Shown: one piece after another, positions 24,276-30,571 of the stretch | How positions within the stretch are numbered: position 1 is the first letter of the stretch | Layout of the letters: each line of letters opens with the position of its first letter | Origin: a virus | Direction: 5' to 3' (one strand) | Length of the DNA stretch: 30,571 nt | Virus record (IMG/VR): IMGVR_UViG_3300005573_001621 | The notes under the pieces: generated by a model | What the model was told of the DNA's origin: nothing | Seen by the model: only the letters and a program-made list of their open reading frames with translations | The model's database searches: none | Made by a program: the position numbers and the translations under genes

Positions 24276-24527
24276 ATGGAAGCAATCTTAATTTTTGTTT
24301 CAGCTTTTGCTATATTCAGTTTTATAGCTTTGATGAAGCTGGTTGGATTCGTAGAAGATTTGAAGACTTTGATCAAAGCTCTTTATGGCATCAGAGAGCT
24401 AGAAGAAGATAAAATATATCGCAGACTGAAAGAAAATTCGAATGCTCCAGACTCTGCCGAAGAAGATCTACTTTTTAAACAGGTAAAAGAAATCTTAGAT
24501 AAGGGATTCGAGAATGAAGGAGACTGA
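24276..24527 (+). CDS. Small membrane-anchored protein
   Basis: Hydrophobic N-terminus; SD AAAGGAGG. Confidence 0.7.
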   Translation: MEAILIFVSAFAIFSFIALMKLVGFVEDLKTLIKALYGIRELEEDKIYRRLKENSNAPDSAEEDLLFKQVKEILDKGFENEGD

Positions 24528-24774
24528 AATCTTTCGTTTCTCAAAAAAGAGACTCCCTTGGTCAAAAGAAGAAATAGAAGTTCTGAAAGAAGTCTATCCC
24601 AGATATTTAGAAGGGTTTCTAACTAGAAAAGAGCTTTTAGCGGTTTTTAAAGAGACAAGATCATACACTTCAATAGTATCGAAAGCATACAAATTAGGAG
24701 TTTCGGGACAGAGAGTTGATCTCGCTCTAGATTTAGAGCTTCTAAAATCTTTGAGAAAAAGGTGGACACTATAA
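24514..24774 (+). CDS. Myb/SANT-like HTH protein
   Basis: WSKEEIEVLKEVYP..TRSYTSIVSKAYKLG pattern. Confidence 0.7.
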   Translation: MKETEIFRFSKKRLPWSKEEIEVLKEVYPRYLEGFLTRKELLAVFKETRSYTSIVSKAYKLGVSGQRVDLALDLELLKSLRKRWTL

Positions 24775-25565
24775 AGTTCATGAAAATCACAAAGATTTAC
24801 AAAAGATCAATTGCATTCTTCAGTGACACGCATGTGGGATCGCTCTATGCTCTCTGGCCAGAAGGCTTTGGGTGGGAGCTTTCTCCTATCCAAAAAGCTC
24901 TGTTGTCTTACTGGGCAAAAGCGAGATTGATCTTAGATGAAAATCAAGTAGATACAGTTTTTCATCTGGGAGATGTTATACACGGAACGAATCGCAATGC
25001 GTATGGCAAGCTTCTTGTTACTCCAGACTTAAATCAGCAGGTTCGAGCAGCTTCTTTTTTACTCAGGCAGATCAAAGGTAAGAGAGATTTCTATCTGATT
25101 GAAGGGACTAGATACCACTCGTCTCTAGATTATGAAACAGCAGAAGCTGTTGCGGATTCAGTAGGCGGGAAGTATTTAGGGTGTTATGCTAATGTAAAGC
25201 TTAAAGGCACAAATAGAACGCTTAATCTTGCTCATGGAGAGGGAGGAGCGTCTTTTTATCCGGCTTCTGTTTTGGACAGAGAGGGAGTTTTTATCAAAGT
25301 TTCAGAGTCTTTGAAGAAGATCCCAAAGATTGATCTTATTGTTAGAGGGCACAAGCATAAATTCATTCATCTTCATCAGCAAGAGCTGCATATTTTGCAG
25401 CTTCCCTGTTGGATGGCGATGGAACCTTCAAAGATCTATTTAAAGAGCTATGGGAGACTTCAACCGGATATAGGGTTCGTCGTTGTATTGATTGATGATA
25501 AAGATAGATTCACCGTATTTCATTATCTCTTTCCCCTTCCTTTCTCAGAGGCTGATTATGTCTAA
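24762..25565 (+). CDS. Calcineurin-like metallophosphoesterase
   Basis: SDTHVGS, HLGDVIHG, GTRYH, AHG and RGHKH motifs. Confidence 0.85.
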   Translation: MDTIKFMKITKIYKRSIAFFSDTHVGSLYALWPEGFGWELSPIQKALLSYWAKARLILDENQVDTVFHLGDVIHGTNRNAYGKLLVTPDLNQQVRAASFLLRQIKGKRDFYLIEGTRYHSSLDYETAEAVADSVGGKYLGCYANVKLKGTNRTLNLAHGEGGASFYPASVLDREGVFIKVSESLKKIPKIDLIVRGHKHKFIHLHQQELHILQLPCWMAMEPSKIYLKSYGRLQPDIGFVVVLIDDKDRFTVFHYLFPLPFSEADYV

Positions 25566-26076
25566 ACAAGATTCATATTCACAGATCGATAATGAAATTG
25601 CAAGAGACTTAAAGCTCATAGAGACTTCAACGGATTCTTTTCTTGAAGAAAGTTTTGTAAAGCAGATTCGTAGCGCTCTTGAGCGAAAAGAGCTCCGAGC
25701 AATAGTAAAAGCTTCTTCTGCAGTTATGGGGGGAAAAAGAGCTCAAACGGCTCGAATCTGTATCGGATATAAGACAAGATGTTTTCAATTTAAAGGCTCG
25801 GATTTTTTTGAAAAAGAGGGAATTCAGATAGATCTTTCTAGAAAAGCGACTTGTGGAAATCTGATTGCTTTCACTCAGCACAGTCCCTGTCTAGAATTTC
25901 TTTCTAGAAACGGAAAGACTTTCTGCCAGTTTAAAGATGTCTGTCCTTTAGAGGATGCTCCAGAGAGATTTATAGAGAGGGAGGACGCGAAGATAGCAAT
26001 TCTCTCAGCAAGTTCTTTAAAAGAATTGCTCAAAAAGATAAAAAATGCTCTCAGAGTCTGGGCGATCTTCTTTTAG
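25558..26076 (+). CDS. Cys-containing hypothetical protein with family-like hydrophobic tail
   Basis: Likely start MSKQ at ATG 25558 after GAGG; ends LKELLKKIKNALRVWAIFF. Confidence 0.7.
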   Translation: MSKQDSYSQIDNEIARDLKLIETSTDSFLEESFVKQIRSALERKELRAIVKASSAVMGGKRAQTARICIGYKTRCFQFKGSDFFEKEGIQIDLSRKATCGNLIAFTQHSPCLEFLSRNGKTFCQFKDVCPLEDAPERFIEREDAKIAILSASSLKELLKKIKNALRVWAIFF

Positions 26077-26100
26077 AATATATTATTTAAGGAGGTCTTC

Positions 26101-27177
26101 ATGATCTCTGAATCAAAAATAGCTAAAGTAGAAAAGATCTTTAAGGCAATTTTTGAGTATAGACAGAAGCACGAGCTTGATTGTCTTAAAGATCTTTATA
26201 AGAAGCTTCTCAAGATAAGAAGCTTTGAGAAGCGAGCTCTCTTAGAAAGAGAGAAGTTCTTTTCTCGCTTAGCTTATATTTCTGGAGCTGTTCTTGCTCT
26301 TTTAGGTGGGGGTATGATCGTTCAGGCTGTTGAAGCTCGCTCTCCAGCTCTGTGGATTTTAATAGTTCCTGTTTTCATTATGGGATTAGCTTTAGTTGGT
26401 TCGATGAAAGTTGTTTCAGATAAACTCAAGGGTTTTGCTCGAGGATCTGCTGCTCTGGATTTTTTGATTGATGACCCAAAAGAACTACTCTTCAGTAGAA
26501 GAAGAAAGTCTCCTTTCAAGCCTCTTTATGTTGATCAAACTTTATGTGGAATTGAAGATCCTTTTCTCAAAGTAGAAGTCAGTACAGATTATCTTTCAAA
26601 AGACGAAATTGTTATGCTTCTGGAAATTCTTCGTCTGAGGAAAATCTTGAGAGGGATTACACCTCAAGTGAGTGTATTTTCGGGATCAGAACTCGTCGCT
26701 GAAGCAGCTTCTCCTGGGAGAGCTTTTAGAATCTGGCAGAGGAAGTCTGACTTGGGAATATTAGATAAAAAGAAAGCTTTCCTTAAAGCTGCTTCAAGGC
26801 TCATGAAAGCTTTTGGAGCTTCTAACTGGGACGAACTTATTAGAATTCTAATTACAAAGTATGCAAGAGAGTTTTTGCCTCAGGTGCTCTATATCGGCGC
26901 TAAATATCCTTTTGTCGAGTTAAAAGCAGCTCTGAAAACTGGAGAGCTTGATGATTCTGTACCTGACTCTGCTCTATGGTTTGAGCAATTGAATGCTTGG
27001 GCAGATTTCTATTGTTCTTGGATAGATTATGGGTCTATGGTTTCTCCTATGGTAGCTGTTTTTCGTAAAGAGTTAGAAGAGTACGCAAGTCCTTCTACTC
27101 TCGAAGAGCATGTGAGGTCGATCGGGAATTATGCAGCACTTGAGCGCGTCGCAGAAGTTGGTTCTAAAGGAGAGTGA
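26101..27177 (+). CDS. Two-TM membrane protein with cytoplasmic C-domain
   Basis: Hydrophobic pair at about aa 56-101; SD AAGGAGG. Confidence 0.75.
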   Translation: MISESKIAKVEKIFKAIFEYRQKHELDCLKDLYKKLLKIRSFEKRALLEREKFFSRLAYISGAVLALLGGGMIVQAVEARSPALWILIVPVFIMGLALVGSMKVVSDKLKGFARGSAALDFLIDDPKELLFSRRRKSPFKPLYVDQTLCGIEDPFLKVEVSTDYLSKDEIVMLLEILRLRKILRGITPQVSVFSGSELVAEAASPGRAFRIWQRKSDLGILDKKKAFLKAASRLMKAFGASNWDELIRILITKYAREFLPQVLYIGAKYPFVELKAALKTGELDDSVPDSALWFEQLNAWADFYCSWIDYGSMVSPMVAVFRKELEEYASPSTLEEHVRSIGNYAALERVAEVGSKGE

Positions 27178-29126
27178 GAATGACAAAGCAGGCAATAGAT
27201 CTCTTACAGCGACGCTATTGCAGGCCTAAAGAATCTCCTAAAGGAGTTTTCAGGCGAGTAGCATCAGCGCTGTCTCTTGGCGATTCGAAGTTTGAGAAAG
27301 CTCTTTTTAATGCGATGTATAAAGGATATTTCTTGCCTAATTCTCCCTGTCTGAGAAATGCGGGAGAAAAAGGCCTGCTTCTAGCTTGTTTTAAGCTTCC
27401 GATTGAAGATTCAATTACTTCGATTTTTGATACGTTGTCATCAACAGCTCAGATCTTCCATTATGGGGGTGGAGTAGGAATTAACTTTTCAAACTTACGT
27501 CCTGCCGGCTCTCTATTATCTTCTGGAGGTGAAGCTTCTGGAACAATTTCGTTTATTTCTCTCTTCGATCAGATGACAGAAGTAGTTAAACAGGGCGGAT
27601 TCCGGAGAGGAGCTCTGATGGGAGTTTTGAGATATGATCACCCAGAGATTATTGAATTTGTCCGATCAAAGCTCACGGGAAAGCTCTCTAATTTTAATCT
27701 GTCAGTTCTAGTCGACGACGATTTTATGAAGAAAGTTAAAGAAGGGGGCGAAGTTGAGCTGGTTTTTGGTTCTAAAAAGTACGGAATAATCAAAGCAAAT
27801 GATCTTTTTGACTTGATCTGTTTTTCAGCTTGGTCTTGTGGGTGTCCCGGACTTTTGTTCTTCAACAGAATAAATAAAGATAATCCATATTATCCTCAAG
27901 TCATAATCGACGGGACGAATCCATGCGTAGTAGGAGAGACGCTGATTGCTGTCGCTGATGGGCGTCAAGCAGTCTCGATTAAGCAACTAGCAGAAGAAGG
28001 AAAAGACGTCCCAGTCTTTTGTCAAGACGATGAAGCTAGAAAACAGGGCAAGCTAAAAGTTGTAGTCAAAATGGCGAGGAATTTTCGTAAAACTCGAGAG
28101 AACGTCGATGTCTATAAAGTTATACTAGACGATGGGAGTAGCATTACTTCGACTGCAGATCATCAATTCATGCTTCGAGATGGAACTTATAGAGCTTTGA
28201 GAGAGCTAAAAGCTGGAGACTCTTTGATGCCTTTTAATACTAAGATCCATAAAGTCGTTTCAATTGAATATGCGGAGAAAGCAGATGTCTACAATTGTAC
28301 AGTAGACGATAATCATAATTATATGGTTGTTACTCGGTATAATCCAGACAAGAGCTCGACTGGCATTTGTGTTAAGAACTGCGGAGAAGTCCCACTTTTC
28401 GACTATGGAGCTTGTTGTTTGGGCTCGATCAATCTTTCTAAGCTAGTTACGAAGACTGGGTCTTTTAACTTCCCTCTTTTTTCTAGATATCTTGAACTTG
28501 CTACTCGAGCGCTTTTGAATATGAACGCTGTTACTTGGGCTCCTCTTCCTCAGATTATGAAAAGAATAAAAGAGTTTAATCCTATCGGAGTAGGCTTGAT
28601 GGGATTCGCTGATGCTCTGATCAAGCTTGGGATTTACTACGATTCTGAAGACGCTCTAAAGTTCATAGACGAGCTAGCAAAGCCTTATGTAGAAGTAACT
28701 AATCAGCTTGCTCCGAGGTCGTTTTACAGAAGAATAATCGCTCCGACTGGTTCGCTTTCGATCCTTGCCGATTGTTCTCCCTCAGTTGAGCCAGTCTTCT
28801 CTCGAGTCTTTATTCGCCAGCTTTCAACTCATTCAATTTTAGAGTCAAGAAAAATCTACAGTTCTAAATATGTCAGAACAGCTCATGAGATTTCTCCCGA
28901 GGCTCATCTCGCGATCCAAGCGAGATTTCAGCAATATCTTGATGGGTCAATTTCAAAGACCGTAAATCTTCCTTACGACGCTTCAGTTTCAACTGTAAGA
29001 CAGATCTTTCTTTCTGCTTGGGAGAAAGGCTGTAAAGGGATTACTGTTTATCGAGATAAATCTAAAGAGACTCAAGTTTTTATTGAACAGGGTCAGAAGT
29101 GTGAGGGAGAGAGCTGTTCTTTATGA
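27174..29126 (+). CDS. nrdJ: Class II (B12-dependent) ribonucleotide reductase, intein-containing
   Basis: PNSP..NAG, ACF, GGGVG, RRGA, TNP/CGE, CCLGSINL, IAPTGS, ISKTVN, GCKGITVYRD (no class I YY pair), C-terminal CxxxxC; no ATP cone. Confidence 0.92.
   Translation: MRMTKQAIDLLQRRYCRPKESPKGVFRRVASALSLGDSKFEKALFNAMYKGYFLPNSPCLRNAGEKGLLLACFKLPIEDSITSIFDTLSSTAQIFHYGGGVGINFSNLRPAGSLLSSGGEASGTISFISLFDQMTEVVKQGGFRRGALMGVLRYDHPEIIEFVRSKLTGKLSNFNLSVLVDDDFMKKVKEGGEVELVFGSKKYGIIKANDLFDLICFSAWSCGCPGLLFFNRINKDNPYYPQVIIDGTNPCVVGETLIAVADGRQAVSIKQLAEEGKDVPVFCQDDEARKQGKLKVVVKMARNFRKTRENVDVYKVILDDGSSITSTADHQFMLRDGTYRALRELKAGDSLMPFNTKIHKVVSIEYAEKADVYNCTVDDNHNYMVVTRYNPDKSSTGICVKNCGEVPLFDYGACCLGSINLSKLVTKTGSFNFPLFSRYLELATRALLNMNAVTWAPLPQIMKRIKEFNPIGVGLMGFADALIKLGIYYDSEDALKFIDELAKPYVEVTNQLAPRSFYRRIIAPTGSLSILADCSPSVEPVFSRVFIRQLSTHSILESRKIYSSKYVRTAHEISPEAHLAIQARFQQYLDGSISKTVNLPYDASVSTVRQIFLSAWEKGCKGITVYRDKSKETQVFIEQGQKCEGESCSL
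27924..28379 (+). mobile_element. 152-aa mini-intein inserted in TNP|CGE of NrdJ; no homing endonuclease
   Basis: Block A CVVGETLI, block B TADH, block F VYNCTVDDNHNY, block G ICVKN followed by +1 Cys. Confidence 0.92.
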
Positions 29127-29149
29127 TTCTTTAAAAGGAGATTTAGCTT

Positions 29150-29926
29150 ATGTCTATTAAGTTAATAAAAAAGAGAGTACAAATATCTCTGCAAGACTCT
29201 CCGATTAAATTCAAGAAGCCAGGCGGAGAGGTCTGGAAAGTTCTAAAGACCGAGTTCGTTCCAGAGCCTGCGCATAAGTCTAAACGCTTGGTTTTAGCGA
29301 GCGTTATAGTCCAATCTCCAACAGGCGCGATGTCTTCTTTAGAGCTAGCGTCAACAGATTGGGTTCCGATGAAGGATTCTCAAGAGATCTCGATGCATGA
29401 GGCAGCTAAAATTCTGACTGAGGAATCTAAAAAGTTTGTTCATACTCATGAGAAAGGGCTAGTCTGGGTGGGTGCTTATACTTGGGGTCCCGCTGGGACA
29501 GTTTTCGTCCAAAAGAGAGCAAGCTTGGCAGATAAAGAATTTGATCCTTCTTTAAAGCTTGAAGAACAGCCTTTAACGACGTTTGTGATTGAGTGTGTTC
29601 ATATTGAGCCTACAGTTAACGCAAACGAGCTGGAGTGGAAGTTGAGATCTTTGCTTCTGGCAAAAGAAGCAGAATTGATCTCTGATCTGCCGGACGCTCC
29701 TCCTCTCTTTAAGGATAAAGAGGTGCTTCCCGGCGCGAGATATCAGACTATTGATATCGATGATCTCCCTTCTCTAGTTGAAAGAGAAAATCTGTTTTTT
29801 GTTTTTGGAGGAAGATACCCGGCTTCACAGCCGAAGCTATTAGAAACAGCAATAATGACGCTAGAAGAAAACGTTCCTAGAGCTTCAATCAGAGCTAGAA
29901 TCAGAAAAGAGTATCGTCTGCTCTGA
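29150..29926 (+). CDS. Hypothetical protein
   Basis: 258-aa ORF with SD AAAGGAG. Confidence 0.75.
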   Translation: MSIKLIKKRVQISLQDSPIKFKKPGGEVWKVLKTEFVPEPAHKSKRLVLASVIVQSPTGAMSSLELASTDWVPMKDSQEISMHEAAKILTEESKKFVHTHEKGLVWVGAYTWGPAGTVFVQKRASLADKEFDPSLKLEEQPLTTFVIECVHIEPTVNANELEWKLRSLLLAKEAELISDLPDAPPLFKDKEVLPGARYQTIDIDDLPSLVERENLFFVFGGRYPASQPKLLETAIMTLEENVPRASIRARIRKEYRLL

Positions 29927-29952
29927 GAGAGCTGTCGGTTCAATGCTATCAT
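29925..29952 (+). promoter_or_regulatory. Putative promoter GAGAGA-N16-TATCAT with extended -10 TG, leaderless
   Basis: TGc-TATCAT at 29944-29952; 7 nt separate it from the ATG; no SD. Confidence 0.5.
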
Positions 29953-29959
29953 TCTGACG

Positions 29960-30571
29960 ATGGAATCTGTTCTTCGAGATTGGGTTAAGAAATATCAAAA
30001 AGAGAAAAAGCTTTATAGGTGTGTAGGAATTGACTTAGACGGTGTTTTAGCAAAGTATCATGAAGGGTGGCTGAGTTTTCTCTCTCAGCGTTCTGGGTAT
30101 AAAGTAGATAATCTCTGGGAAGCGAAAAAGATCGTTCCTCCAGACCTTTATGCTCGTATTAAAGATCAATATCGGTCGAGCGAGGCTAAACTTCATCTAG
30201 AGCCTCACGAGGGAGCGAGAGAGCTTCTTTGGAGAATCAGCAAGAAAGCATTGATTTTCATCATCACAGCTCGACCATTTGATTTGTATCCCACATTATT
30301 AAACAAAACGATTCTGTGGCTTAAGAAAAACTCAATAGTTTACGACCATATTGTTCAGCGCTCTCAAAAGTATATCTATATCTGCCATACTCTCCCTCAA
30401 ATGTCGTTCTTTATAGATGATGATAGAAGAATCGTCAGTGAGATCGCTTCAATGGGAATTCCTTGTTTCTTATACGATAATCTTTACAATCAAGGGCCTT
30501 TACCCTCTAATGTAACTCGAATTAAGTCTCTCTTAGCGCCAGAACTTTTAGCTACAATTGAGAAGTGGTAA
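29960..30571 (+). CDS. HAD-superfamily 5'(3')-deoxyribonucleotidase-like protein
   Basis: Motif I GIDLDGVLA, motif II ITAR, motif IV FIDDD, YN in the C-terminal region. Confidence 0.85.
   Translation: MESVLRDWVKKYQKEKKLYRCVGIDLDGVLAKYHEGWLSFLSQRSGYKVDNLWEAKKIVPPDLYARIKDQYRSSEAKLHLEPHEGARELLWRISKKALIFIITARPFDLYPTLLNKTILWLKKNSIVYDHIVQRSQKYIYICHTLPQMSFFIDDDRRIVSEIASMGIPCFLYDNLYNQGPLPSNVTRIKSLLAPELLATIEKW

Noticed and set aside
27174-29126. Class I RNR alpha subunit, or an intein homing endonuclease
   Set aside because: No C-terminal YY pair and no nrdB in the window; the intein is 152 aa with no LAGLIDADG or HNH motifs
1-30571. Alternative genetic code or stop-codon readthrough
   Set aside because: The conserved enzymes (AAA+, ligase, sigma, NrdJ, HAD) are full length under code 11, and TAA, TAG and TGA all end genes

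Overview
This window looks like part of a large lytic or temperate bacteriophage genome. Genes are dense and mostly on the + strand, with AAGAAAGGAGG-type RBSs, no structural genes and no rRNA or complete tRNA. 1-2.8 kb: a short leftward gene set and a divergent intergenic region with (CT)n mosaic repeats and a 53-nt A/T-only tract. 2.8-20.5 kb: a plastic, early/host-takeover-like region. It starts with a MoxR-type AAA+ ATPase and an HExxH-metallopeptidase/VWA gene pair, followed by many uncharacterised, partly paralogous ORFs, at least a dozen of which end in a similar amphipathic hydrophobic C-terminal helix. It also holds gene remnants (a frameshifted paralog, a truncated nucleotidyltransferase, a TnpB C-terminal fragment), two counter-oriented zincin-like peptidases, intergenic hairpins (one a tRNA-minihelix mimic) and a 44-bp inverted repeat pair 6 kb apart. 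20.6-30.6 kb: replication, transcription and nucleotide-metabolism genes, namely an ATP-dependent ligase, a TOPRIM primase-like gene, a strictly periodic 15x19-bp non-coding array, a sigma70-family factor with a changed -35 recognition helix, a Myb-like HTH, a metallophosphoesterase, a compact class II ribonucleotide reductase with a 152-aa mini-intein, and a HAD nucleotidase. A recurrent promoter-like motif, (CTCTC)N-GAGAG-N14-16-TAnnAT, precedes about 11 genes. All calls come from motif recognition by eye; no searches were run.
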